This document shows, piece by piece, positions 1 through 9,329 of a stretch of 64,000 nucleotides of DNA. Each line of letters opens with the position of its first letter. The first letter of the stretch is position 1. Where the stretch lies: positions 4,384,001 through 4,448,000 of the forward strand of contig CBDBDQ010000005.1 in assembly GCA_965203905.1 (NCBI GenBank). The letters are read 5' to 3'. The DNA is from Spirochaetia bacterium. GTDB taxonomy: Bacteria; Spirochaetota; Spirochaetia; SZUA-6; Bin103. The position numbers and the translations under genes were made by a program. Under the pieces are notes generated by a model. That model was given only the letters and a program-made list of their open reading frames with translations. It was not told where the DNA came from and ran no database searches.

Positions 1-781
1 GCAGGGTGACCTCCGCCGCCGGAGCCGCTTCCTTGATGCGCACCTGCAGCGGGGTGAATGCCACGACGTACAGCGTCACACGCGGCACGAAGCGGCTCAC
101 GGTGCAGGCCAGGGAGTGTACCTTTTCTTCCGCCTCCGTCGAAGTGAACGGGTAGGAGTGGAAGTACACGGCGTCCAGCGCCAGTCCGCGGCCTCCCATC
201 AGGTACCCGGCTACCGGCGAGTCGATCCCGCCTGACAACAACAGCAGGCCGCGCCCGGAGCATCCCACCGGCAGCCCGCCCGGCCCGCGCCGCTGCTGGG
301 CGTAGGCGTAGATCCGGTCGCGCACCTCCACGTTGACCGTAACCTCCGGCCGGTGCACGTCCACGGCCACCTCGGGCATCCGCTCGCGCAGCAGGTCACC
401 GAGCAGGTAGGCGATGTCATAGGAGGTGAGGGCGAAGCTCTTGTCCTCGCGGCGCGCCTCCACCTTGAAGCTGCGCGGCGCCGGGCCGGCGGCCAACTCG
501 GCGGCGAGCGCATCGGCGGCTTCCGCGAATACCGATTCCGTCTTGGGAAACCGCAGCACGCGGGCGAACGAGACCACGCCGAAGGTGGCGGCCAGGAGCT
601 GTTCCGCGGCGGCGGCGAACCGGTCGTCCACCGTGATGAACACCCGCCCCCAGGTGCGGCGCGCGCGGGCCGTCCCGCGCGGCAGCCGTGAGGTTATGTT
701 GCGGATCAGGCGCTGCTCGAATGCCGCCCGGTTGGCTCCCTTGAGCGAGATCTCGCCGTACTTGACCAGAAACTCGGTCAT
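1..781 (-). CDS. thiI: tRNA 4-thiouridine synthase ThiI (3' end beyond window edge)
   Basis: Manual minus-strand translation: MTEFLVKYGEISLKGANR at the start, THUMP region, then GGLPVGCSGRGLLLLSGGIDSPVAGYLM PP-loop; ATG overlaps the desulfurase stop (ATGA). Confidence 0.93.
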   Translation of the reverse strand, partial: MTEFLVKYGEISLKGANRAAFEQRLIRNITSRLPRGTARARRTWGRVFITVDDRFAAAAEQLLAATFGVVSFARVLRFPKTESVFAEAADALAAELAAGPAPRSFKVEARREDKSFALTSYDIAYLLGDLLRERMPEVAVDVHRPEVTVNVEVRDRIYAYAQQRRGPGGLPVGCSGRGLLLLSGGIDSPVAGYLMGGRGLALDAVYFHSYPFTSTEAEEKVHSLACTVSRFVPRVTLYVVAFTPLQVRIKEAAPAAEVTL

Positions 782-1956
782 CGGGCCACCGCGCGCAGAG
801 GCGGCAACTCGCGCTCCAGGGCTTGCAGCAGGCGGCCGATGTCGCCTTCGCTCGTGGTCCACCCCACGGACACGCGGAAGGCACCGCCGGCCACATCCAC
901 GGGGACGCCCATGGCACGCAGCACCGGAGAGATCCTGTTGCGGCCGGAGGCGCAGGCGGAGCCGCGCGACACGTAGACGCCCCGGTCGCTGAGCACGCGC
1001 ACCAGCACCTCGGCCGGCACCCCGGGTGCCGCCAGGCAGGTGATGTAGGGTGAGTAGCGCTGCGGCAGGTCGCGGCGCTGCTCCGGCACCACCTGCAGTC
1101 CCAGCCGCTCGGCGCCGGCAGCCAGTTGCGCCTGCAAGGTGCGCGCGTGGCACAGATGCCGCGCGGCCGCCGGTGCCAGGGCGGCTGCCTGGCGGGCGAA
1201 GGCGGTGATCCCGGCCACGTTCTCGGTGCCCGCGCGGCGTCCGCCCTCCTGTCCACCGCCGCGGGTGAGCGGCTCGAACGGCACCTGGCCGCGCAGCCAC
1301 AGGGCGCCGACGCCGACCGGGCCGCCCAGCTTGTGCGCGCTGACGGCGGCGCTGTCGGCGGCGGTCAGCGGTACCTCGAGACCGCGGCACAGGGCCTGCA
1401 CGGCGTCGGTGTGGAAGTGGACGGGGCGGCCGCGGCGTCGCGCGTGGTCGCGTACCAGCTCCAGTGCCTGCCCCAGCGGCTGGATCGCCCCGGTCTCGTT
1501 GTTCACCGCGATCACCGCCACCAGCCGGGTGTCGTCGTCCAGGCAGGCGGCCAGATGGTCCAGGTCGACCAGGCCGTCGGCGCCGACCCGCACCTCGCGC
1601 ACGGGGAATCCGATCCGTGCCAGCAGCCGCGCCGGCTCGGCCACCGCCGCGTGCTCCACGGCGGAGTGAACGACGCCGCGGCGGAAGGCCGAGCGGGCAT
1701 CGCGGCGCAGGTGTGCGAGCGGGGAGTAGAGCACCAGGTGGTCCGCCTCCGTGGCGCCGCCGGTGGCCACGATCTCCTCGGGTGGGCAGCCGAGCACCGC
1801 CCCAAGCCGGGCCCGCGCGGCGCCGAGCGCCTGGCGCTGCTGCCGCCCGCAGGCGTGCGCGGAGGAGGGATTGCCGAGCCGGTAGTCGGCCGGCTCCGGG
1901 GCCTGCGGCGGCGCCGTGGCCGCCCAGTCGAGGTAGGTCATCGCTGCGCTCGCCAT
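778..1956 (-). CDS. iscS: Cysteine desulfurase, IscS/NifS family
   Basis: YLDWAATAP, GNPSSAH, SAVEH, HTDAVQ, SAHKLGGP (PLP lysine), RAGTEN and GSACAS motifs; coupled to thiI. Confidence 0.9.
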   Translation of the reverse strand: MASAAMTYLDWAATAPPQAPEPADYRLGNPSSAHACGRQQRQALGAARARLGAVLGCPPEEIVATGGATEADHLVLYSPLAHLRRDARSAFRRGVVHSAVEHAAVAEPARLLARIGFPVREVRVGADGLVDLDHLAACLDDDTRLVAVIAVNNETGAIQPLGQALELVRDHARRRGRPVHFHTDAVQALCRGLEVPLTAADSAAVSAHKLGGPVGVGALWLRGQVPFEPLTRGGGQEGGRRAGTENVAGITAFARQAAALAPAAARHLCHARTLQAQLAAGAERLGLQVVPEQRRDLPQRYSPYITCLAAPGVPAEVLVRVLSDRGVYVSRGSACASGRNRISPVLRAMGVPVDVAGGAFRVSVGWTTSEGDIGRLLQALERELPPLRAVAR

Positions 1957-1958
1957 CG

Positions 1959-3494
1959 TCAGCCGAAGATCTTCGATCGGTTGTCGATGATCTTGATGAT
2001 CAGATCCAGCAGCACGGTGGCGAAGCCGGCAACGACCACCACTTCGCCGAGAACCTGCTTGGTGCTGCTCCAGGCGTTCCGTTCGGCAAGAATCGTGGCG
2101 CCCGGTTCCGGCTGCGTATACAACGTGCCGTGGCTGCGCCGGTGGTCGCTATCGATCACCGTAAAACGGGGAGCGCCGTCTTCGGTCAGGCCGCCCGCGC
2201 TGCGCAGGTAGTCGCCGATCGTGTGCCCCGCGACGTGCGGCACCGCGCGCGGCGTGTTCACCTCGCCTCCGAGGTACACGTTGAGGTCGCGCATCGGCAC
2301 GTGGAGCTGATCGCCGGGCTCCAGCGGAAGATCGAGCCCGCGGTCGCGGGTCTCCCAGAGCAGGCCCACGTTGACCGGTACGCGTGCGCCGGTGGCGGCG
2401 CGCAGCACGGTGCTCCGTTCCGGCTGCGCCAGCGGGGTGGGACCGCCCACCAGGTCCAGCACTTCCAGCACCGACATTCCGCCGTGGAACGGGAGCAACA
2501 GCACGAGTTGCCTGGTGGGGAGCTGGACCGGGGAGTCGACGGCCGTGGGCTGGCCGAACAAGGCCCCCTGGACCAGAACCTGGCGTCGCGGGTGGGCGGC
2601 CGCCGAGACCGTGACCCGGTCGCCGGTTACCAGGCGGAAGGCGCGGCGCTCCGCGGCCGTGAGGCGCAGCACCTCGGGGACCCCGGCACGGGCACGGATG
2701 ACGGACAGGGAGATTTCGCCCGCGGCCGCGAGCACCCCACCGGCGAAACGGATCAGGTCGTCGATCCCTTCACCGACCAGCAGGTCGAAGGCGCCGGGAA
2801 AGGCCACCAGGCCGTCGATCGTCACCAGCCGTTCGGCACGCGGTACCCGCACCCGATCGCCGGGCGCCAGAGTTGGGTTGGCAGCCAGCTCGCCGCGGGT
2901 GGAGAAGCGCGTCAGATCGAGCGCCGCCACGCCGCCGTCGCGGGTCAGCTCGACACGCCGCAGACTGGCGCCGACCTGCGGTCCCTTGGCGGCGGTGACC
3001 AGGTCGGAGACCCGCGACAGCGGGGTCATGGTGTAGATCCCCGGGTTGACCACACCGCCGAAGATGAACACGTCGAACAGCGCCGGCTGGCGCAGCACGA
3101 AGCTGGCGAAGCGTACCGTTCCCTGGGACTTGATGCGGCGCACCACCTCGCGCCGCACGTCGCTGAACAGCCTGCCCTCGACCGCGATCGTCCCGAGGTA
3201 CGGGATCTCCAGCTCGTAGTCGTCCTGCAGCACCAGGGGAAAGGTGGCAACCCGCTCGGAACCGACCTGGATCTGCAATTCATAGGTGTCGCCCGCCGTC
3301 ATGCGGTAGCTGGTGGCGCTGAGGATACGCTGGCGCAGCATCTGGGCGTTCCCGGTGATGGCGCCAAGCGGCACCTGCTGGCGGAATTCCTCTCCGTCCT
3401 GAGCCGGGAGAGGACTCGCGGCGGCCAGCAGCGCCAGACCGACCACGGCCAGCCGCTGCCGCAGGAGGGTTGCCAGGTCGCGCGTCGCAGCCAT
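1959..3494 (-). CDS. SLBB-repeat polysaccharide export family protein
   Basis: Signal peptide after MAATRD; repeated SLBB units (FIFGGVVNPGIY, IDGLVAFPGAF, YLGGEVNTPRAV); C-terminal TM helix. Confidence 0.75.
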   Translation of the reverse strand: MAATRDLATLLRQRLAVVGLALLAAASPLPAQDGEEFRQQVPLGAITGNAQMLRQRILSATSYRMTAGDTYELQIQVGSERVATFPLVLQDDYELEIPYLGTIAVEGRLFSDVRREVVRRIKSQGTVRFASFVLRQPALFDVFIFGGVVNPGIYTMTPLSRVSDLVTAAKGPQVGASLRRVELTRDGGVAALDLTRFSTRGELAANPTLAPGDRVRVPRAERLVTIDGLVAFPGAFDLLVGEGIDDLIRFAGGVLAAAGEISLSVIRARAGVPEVLRLTAAERRAFRLVTGDRVTVSAAAHPRRQVLVQGALFGQPTAVDSPVQLPTRQLVLLLPFHGGMSVLEVLDLVGGPTPLAQPERSTVLRAATGARVPVNVGLLWETRDRGLDLPLEPGDQLHVPMRDLNVYLGGEVNTPRAVPHVAGHTIGDYLRSAGGLTEDGAPRFTVIDSDHRRSHGTLYTQPEPGATILAERNAWSSTKQVLGEVVVVAGFATVLLDLIIKIIDNRSKIFG

Positions 3495-3583
3495 CTGGCG
3501 CGATCCTACCTGCCAGCGGCGGCGTCCGGCAATGGATTGGACCGCCGCCGCACCCACCGCGCGCGATCCGTTGCTGCGGGGGA

Positions 3584-4726
3584 TCAGCGGTCCTGGGTCG
3601 GATCCGCGGCGTCTCTCAGCCCGTCGCCGACGAAGTTGAAGCAGAGCACGGTGACGATCACGAAGATGGCCGGGATCAGCAGCCAGGGAGCCAGCGAGAC
3701 GCTGCGGAAGTTCTGCGCCTGCTGCAGCAGCACGCCCCAACTGACCACTGGAGCACGCAGGCCGACGCCGATGAAGCTGAGCGCGGTCTCGCCCAGGATC
3801 ATCCCCGGTATCGCCAGCGTGAGGTGGACGATCAGAAAGCTCATGAATCCGGGCAGCAGGTGGCGGCCGATGGTGCTCAGCTCGGTGGCGCCCGCGATCT
3901 TGGCGGCGAGCACGTAGTCCTCGACCCGGAGCTGCAGCAGCTTCCCGCGCACCACCCGCGCCAGGCCGGTCCAGCCCACGATCGAGAGAATGACGGTGAT
4001 CATGAAGTAGACCGCGATCGGATCCCACTCGCTCGGTACGGCGACCGCCAGGGCCATCCAGATCGGCAGGGTGGGAAGTGCGGTGAGGAACTCGATCAAA
4101 CGCTGAATCAGCATGTCGACCGGCCCCCCGAGGTAGCCCGACAGCCCCCCGAGCAGGCAGCCGATGACGAAGCTGATCGCAACCCCGACCAGGCCGATGG
4201 TGAGCGACACGCGCGCACCGGCGACGGTGCGCGAGTACATGTCGCGTCCCAGCCGGTCGGTCCCGAACAGGAACAGCGTGCCCGGTTCGTCCACCCCGAT
4301 GAAGCGCAGATCGGTACGCACCACGCCGAGGAGCTTGTACGCATCGCCGTGCACGAAGAAGCGGATAGGGTAGACGGTCTTGCCGTCCTCCACGTAGCTC
4401 CGGCGGTAGGTCTCCGGGTCGACCGCGACCTCCAACCCATAGACGAAGGGACGCTGCAGCGTGCCGTCGTGGAGCAGCCGGATTCGCTGCGGCGAAGCGA
4501 GCGAGTAATCGCCGAACCGGCGCAGCGTGTCGTGGGTGGAGAAGAACCCGGCGAACAGCGATCCGACGACGTAGAACAGCAGCAGCACGCTGCCGCCGGC
4601 CAGCGCCATGCGGTGCTTGAAGAACTTGCGCCGCATCAGCGTCCAACTGGATGCGACGTAGTAACGTTCCGCCTCCCGTTCACGGGCAGCCGAACTCACC
4701 CGCCGGCGGCCGCGCAACCGATTCAT
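3584..4726 (-). CDS. ABC transporter permease, DppC/OppC-like
   Basis: FGTDRLGRD, EDYVLAAKIAGA (EAA loop), ETALSFIGVG, FNFVGDGLRDAADP. Confidence 0.92.
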   Translation of the reverse strand: MNRLRGRRRVSSAAREREAERYYVASSWTLMRRKFFKHRMALAGGSVLLLFYVVGSLFAGFFSTHDTLRRFGDYSLASPQRIRLLHDGTLQRPFVYGLEVAVDPETYRRSYVEDGKTVYPIRFFVHGDAYKLLGVVRTDLRFIGVDEPGTLFLFGTDRLGRDMYSRTVAGARVSLTIGLVGVAISFVIGCLLGGLSGYLGGPVDMLIQRLIEFLTALPTLPIWMALAVAVPSEWDPIAVYFMITVILSIVGWTGLARVVRGKLLQLRVEDYVLAAKIAGATELSTIGRHLLPGFMSFLIVHLTLAIPGMILGETALSFIGVGLRAPVVSWGVLLQQAQNFRSVSLAPWLLIPAIFVIVTVLCFNFVGDGLRDAADPTQDR

Positions 4727-5721
4727 GCCGTGGCCTCCCGCGCGAACCTGATTCGCGGGTCGACCAGCACCAGCAGCAGGTCCGAGATCAGCATCCCAAT
4801 GATGGCCAGGGCGCTCAGCAGCATCACCAGGCTCCCGGCGAGGTACATGTCCTGTCCCTGCTGCGCCGCCAGCAACAGCGGTCCGACGGTGGGCAGGCCG
4901 AGCACCAATGCGGTGAGCGTTTCCCCCGAGATGATCGCGGGAAGGAGCCAGCCGACCGTGCTCACGATCGGGTTGATCGCGATACGGAGCGGATACTTGA
5001 ACAGCAGGCGGCCTTCCTCCAGGCCCTTGGCGCGGCCGGTAAGCACGTACTGCTTGCGCAGCTCGTCGAGCAGTGCGGCGCGCATCACGCGAATCAGGCC
5101 CGCGGTGCCGGCGGTGCCGACTACGATGAGCGGAATCGGCAGATGCTTCATCAGGTCCACGATCTTGGCCAGGTTCCACGGGGAAAACTCGAACTCCGGG
5201 GAGAACAGTCCGCCGACGCTCCAGCCGAAGTACTTGAACACGATGTACATCAGGATCAGGGCGAGCAGGAAGTTGGGGGTGGCCAGACCGATGAAGCCGA
5301 ACGCGGTAGCGGCGTAGTCGGTAAACGAGTACTGATGCGTGGCCGAGTAGATGCCGATCGGAATCGCGATCACGTAGGTGAGCACGAGGGTGAGCAAGGC
5401 GATGGTGACCGTGAGCAGCAGGCGCTGGCCGATCAACTCGGTCACCGGCTGGTTGTAGGCGAACGACTCTCCCATGTCGCCGCGCAGCAGGTTGCCGAAC
5501 CACTTCAGGTACCGCTGCATGAACGGGAGGTTCAGGCCGTAGCGCTCCTCCAGATCCCTGATCTGCTCCACGTCCACCTGCACGCCGGCGTTGCGCAGCT
5601 GCTGGATCAGGTTGTCGAGGAAGTCGCCCGGCGGCAGCTCGATCAGCACGAAGGAAACGAAGGAGAGCAGCAGGAGGAGGACCGCCATGTAGACGATCCT
5701 CTGGACGATGTAGCTCAGCAT
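4723..5721 (-). CDS. ABC transporter permease, DppB/OppB-like
   Basis: LPPGDF, GDMGES, YVLTGRAKGL, SDLLLVLVDPRIR. Confidence 0.93.
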   Translation of the reverse strand: MLSYIVQRIVYMAVLLLLLSFVSFVLIELPPGDFLDNLIQQLRNAGVQVDVEQIRDLEERYGLNLPFMQRYLKWFGNLLRGDMGESFAYNQPVTELIGQRLLLTVTIALLTLVLTYVIAIPIGIYSATHQYSFTDYAATAFGFIGLATPNFLLALILMYIVFKYFGWSVGGLFSPEFEFSPWNLAKIVDLMKHLPIPLIVVGTAGTAGLIRVMRAALLDELRKQYVLTGRAKGLEEGRLLFKYPLRIAINPIVSTVGWLLPAIISGETLTALVLGLPTVGPLLLAAQQGQDMYLAGSLVMLLSALAIIGMLISDLLLVLVDPRIRFAREATA

Positions 5722-7253
5722 CTCCCGCTCGGAAGCTCGGCAATGCGTCCAGAATACGATACCACGCGTCCGAGCGCGATCCCGGCTCCGTCGCCGGCGG
5801 GGTTGCGGCGCCCGGTGACGCGGACCTCCAGCTCGTGCTCGCCGTCAGCCAGCCCGGTGACCCACACCGCCGTGCACTGGCAGGCATTTTCCCAGTGCCG
5901 GGGATGGTACATGTCCCGCGTCTGCACCAGCTCGCCGTCGATCCACGCCTCCAGCACGCCGTTGCTGCAGTGCAGGTCGCCCTGTACGTAGATCACGTTG
6001 CCGCGAAAGGTGACCTGCAGCGAGTCTCCCGGCGTATCGCTGTGCCGCAGCATCTCCCCCTTTTCGCTCGGGCGCCAGGTTCCGCGCCACGCCAGCCGCG
6101 GGTCGCCGTCAACGAACACGTCGACCGGTTCCAGCCCGGGGAAGGAGACCTCCGCCGGCCAATCGCAGTGGAACGGCTGGCGTCTCACCAGTACGTCGGA
6201 ACCCTGCTCGCGTCCGCCGTGGGCCACGACGTTGGCCAGCGCCAGCCGCACGCACTCCTCGGAAGCGGTGACGATCGAATAGTCGGTATGGCGGTAGACC
6301 CGGTTGAGGTAGGGCCACATCTGTTTCCTGACCCGGTCCGGCAGCCCCTCGTAGCCCACCAGGGTTCCCATGATGCCGCCGGTGTTGGCCACGTTGCTGT
6401 CGGTGTCCTGCCCCGCGCGGGTGGTGATCTCGATCGAGCGGTAGTAGTCGCCGTCGCCGTAGAGCAGGCCCAGGGCCACGTAGGAGCCGTTGAAGCTGGC
6501 CTGGATGTTGAACCTGCCGCCGGGCTCCGTCGGCCCCCACGGGCACAGGTCCCGGTTCCACTTGCGCTCGATCTCGCGCCAGGCCGCGCGCCAGTCGCCG
6601 GGATGCTCGCGGTGCCAGCCCAGCAGGTCGTCGATCAGCCGCCCGTAGTTGCTGTCGGCCGGGATCGCGCGCCGCCCCAGCTCGACGACGCGCCGGGGAT
6701 CGCTCTCGAAGTACGCGGCCGCGTACATGGCGGTGAAGAACATGCCGCCGTAGATGCCGTCGCCGTAGTTCACCACCCGGCCCTGGCGCCGGCACAGGTC
6801 CTGGGCCGCCTCCGGCAGCCCCGGCGAGATCATGCCGATGTAATCGCACTCGATCTGGAAGTCGATGTCGTCGGCATGCGGGTTGTAGGCCGGATGCCCG
6901 GACAGCTCCGCCGGTATTCCCTCCAGGAGGTTCTGGCGCGCCTGGCCGTTGGCGTGCCACACCAGGAACGCCGCCTCCCGATAGGGCGTGGCGAAGTCTT
7001 CGGAGGTCGCGCCGAGACCCTTGGCGGCGACCACAGCGAGCATCCCCATGTTCATGTAGAGGTCGTCCTCGTTGACCAGCCAGTCGCGCAGGGCATGCTC
7101 CTGCACGTCGACGGCGCCCTCGAAGGTGCGGCCGTTGAAGGCGAACTCCAGCGGCTCACCCATCGCGGCGCCGTACGACTTGCCGACCCAGGCGCCGAGG
7201 ATCCGGTCCTCCAGCACGAACCGGGGGATGCGGGTCAGCGGCTCAGGTCTCAC
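5715..7253 (-). CDS. ADP-ribosylglycohydrolase family protein with C-terminal beta-sandwich domain
   Basis: GAWVGKSYGAAMG, NEDD, DDIDFQIE, GQDTDSN motifs; C-terminal GDSLQVTFRG carbohydrate-binding-like segment. Confidence 0.82.
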   Translation of the reverse strand: MRPEPLTRIPRFVLEDRILGAWVGKSYGAAMGEPLEFAFNGRTFEGAVDVQEHALRDWLVNEDDLYMNMGMLAVVAAKGLGATSEDFATPYREAAFLVWHANGQARQNLLEGIPAELSGHPAYNPHADDIDFQIECDYIGMISPGLPEAAQDLCRRQGRVVNYGDGIYGGMFFTAMYAAAYFESDPRRVVELGRRAIPADSNYGRLIDDLLGWHREHPGDWRAAWREIERKWNRDLCPWGPTEPGGRFNIQASFNGSYVALGLLYGDGDYYRSIEITTRAGQDTDSNVANTGGIMGTLVGYEGLPDRVRKQMWPYLNRVYRHTDYSIVTASEECVRLALANVVAHGGREQGSDVLVRRQPFHCDWPAEVSFPGLEPVDVFVDGDPRLAWRGTWRPSEKGEMLRHSDTPGDSLQVTFRGNVIYVQGDLHCSNGVLEAWIDGELVQTRDMYHPRHWENACQCTAVWVTGLADGEHELEVRVTGRRNPAGDGAGIALGRVVSYSGRIAELPSGRC

Positions 7254-9235
7254 TATCCCTTGATGAACATCTTCGCGGCGTACACCAGCAGGTCGCCCTT
7301 CCAGGACATCGAAGGCCCGTACTCCAGCGGGGCGTTGGCGACCCTGTCCTTGACCACGTAGAGGTGCGGCGTGATGCCGACGGTGCCGATCAGGTAGACG
7401 TTCTCGGCGTGGAAGTCGAACACCTTGGTGAACGCCTCGACGTAGTCAGGGTCGCCGGGCCGGCCATCGGCCCAGTCGTTGATCCAGCCGTAGAGCTGCT
7501 TGATCTCTTCCGGCGGTTCCTCACCGGGGAGCTTGCCGTCGGCGAAGTCGTCGAGCGTCTTGGCGCCGCTCTCCACCTCACCGTTGGCGACTATCCAGTT
7601 GTGCCACTGCCGGGCCCAGGCGAAGTCGCGGCCGCGCCAGTTGTTGCCGTCAACCATCCACGATCGGAGCTCCGGCGATGCCAGCCGGTCGGCGTAGAAG
7701 TCGTGCTGCGCGGCATCCGCGCGCACATTGAGCGCCGAACGTTCGTAGAACTTGATCTCGGTCTTCAGTCCGACGTCCTCCCAGTACTCCTTGACCAGTT
7801 CCAGCACGGGGAGGTGGCCCGCGAACACGTGCTCGATCACGTGCAGGAAGGCATCGCCATCGGGCGTGAGCCGGAAGCCGTCACGGTCGCGCGCGGTGAG
7901 CCCGATCTCGTCCAGCATCACATTGGCCCGTTCCGGGTCGTAGGCCGCGTACGACTGCGCCCACTGGTCCTGGAAGTAGGGACTGTCGGACACGATCGTT
8001 GCCTGCCGTGGCACGCCGACGCCGAAGTAGACGGTGTCGTTGATCTCTTCCCGATTGATCGCCAGCGACAGGGCCTGGCGGAACCGCTTGTTGCGGTACA
8101 TCTCGCGCTTGAACGGGTCGAGATGATTCTGGTTGGGGACGACGATCACCGCTCCGCCGAGGCCGCTCGGGATCTGGTTGACGTGGTACTCGCCGGCGGC
8201 GGCGTTCTCCTGGTACAGGGTGAAGTTGTCGAACGAGGTCCCCAACAGGGCAACGTCAGCCTCACCGGAAATAATCTTCAAGTGGTAGGTCTCCTGGTCG
8301 ACGATCTGCGCCTGTATCTCGTCGACGTAGGGGAGCTGGTTGCCTTCCGGGTCGACTTCCCAATAGTAGGGGTTGCGCTCGTAGCGCTTTCCGGTGGCGG
8401 TGGCCTCGGTCATGATCCACGGGTGGTGGGTCGGCTTGTCGAGGTCCTTGAGCGGGCTCCACCAGTAGTGGTGGTGGAACGCCTTGTCCCACGACTCGAA
8501 TCCCTCCTCCTTGGCCAGCGCCGCGGCGTCCGGGTTGTATTCGATGTGCCACTTCTCCAGGTAGTGCTTGGGGTGGAACACGTTCCAGCCGCCGCCTTCG
8601 ACGGTCGACATCTTGTAGTACATCAGGACGTACGGCACGTCAGTTTCCAGGCGCACCGTGTAGTCGTCGATCTTGATCGCCCGTCTGATCTGGGGAATCC
8701 AGTTCCAGGTGGGCACCAGGTCGTTGAAGTGCAGGGCCTCGTACATGAACACCACGTCGTCGGCGGTCATCGGGTGGCCGTCCGACCACTTGAGCCCCTC
8801 GCGCAGGTGAACGGTCAGGGACATGGCATCGTCGCTGAACTCCAGGGCCTTGGCCATGCTCGGCACCACGTCAAGCGAGCCCTTGACCATGCGGCCGAAG
8901 TAGCCGCCGGTCTCGGTTTCCTCGGCGAGGTCGTTCCAGGGGGAATCGTTGGTGTGGAACACGGTGAACGTGCCGCCGTAGGTGCCGATCACATCGCCCG
9001 GCGCAAACCATGCGACCGCCGGCTCGATCGGCAGCCGTTCATCGACCGGCGGCAACTCGCCGGCAGCCACCAGGGCGGCCAGCATCGGCGCTTCGTTGAA
9101 GCGCGTATCCGGCATGACCGCGGCGGTCTCGCCCGCGGTCGCGTCGGCCCCGTCTTCCGATCCGCCGGCCGCCAGGAGCGTGATCGCCGGCAGCAGCAGA
9201 AGCAGGAACGCAATACTTTGAATGCTCTTACGCAT
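7253..9235 (-). CDS. ABC substrate-binding protein, family 5
   Basis: Signal peptide; EAPMLAALVAAGELPPVDERLP, LKWSDGHPMTADD, ERNPYYW, GNQLPYVD. Confidence 0.92.
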   Translation of the reverse strand: MRKSIQSIAFLLLLLPAITLLAAGGSEDGADATAGETAAVMPDTRFNEAPMLAALVAAGELPPVDERLPIEPAVAWFAPGDVIGTYGGTFTVFHTNDSPWNDLAEETETGGYFGRMVKGSLDVVPSMAKALEFSDDAMSLTVHLREGLKWSDGHPMTADDVVFMYEALHFNDLVPTWNWIPQIRRAIKIDDYTVRLETDVPYVLMYYKMSTVEGGGWNVFHPKHYLEKWHIEYNPDAAALAKEEGFESWDKAFHHHYWWSPLKDLDKPTHHPWIMTEATATGKRYERNPYYWEVDPEGNQLPYVDEIQAQIVDQETYHLKIISGEADVALLGTSFDNFTLYQENAAAGEYHVNQIPSGLGGAVIVVPNQNHLDPFKREMYRNKRFRQALSLAINREEINDTVYFGVGVPRQATIVSDSPYFQDQWAQSYAAYDPERANVMLDEIGLTARDRDGFRLTPDGDAFLHVIEHVFAGHLPVLELVKEYWEDVGLKTEIKFYERSALNVRADAAQHDFYADRLASPELRSWMVDGNNWRGRDFAWARQWHNWIVANGEVESGAKTLDDFADGKLPGEEPPEEIKQLYGWINDWADGRPGDPDYVEAFTKVFDFHAENVYLIGTVGITPHLYVVKDRVANAPLEYGPSMSWKGDLLVYAAKMFIKG

Positions 9236-9329
9236 AAGGCTTCTCCTCTTGCTCGAACCCGTTCGATCTCGCCGGCCCGCGGTTGCAGGCCGGCGACCAC
9301 TGGTGGCCGTGCGGCCGTGCCTGACGGCC

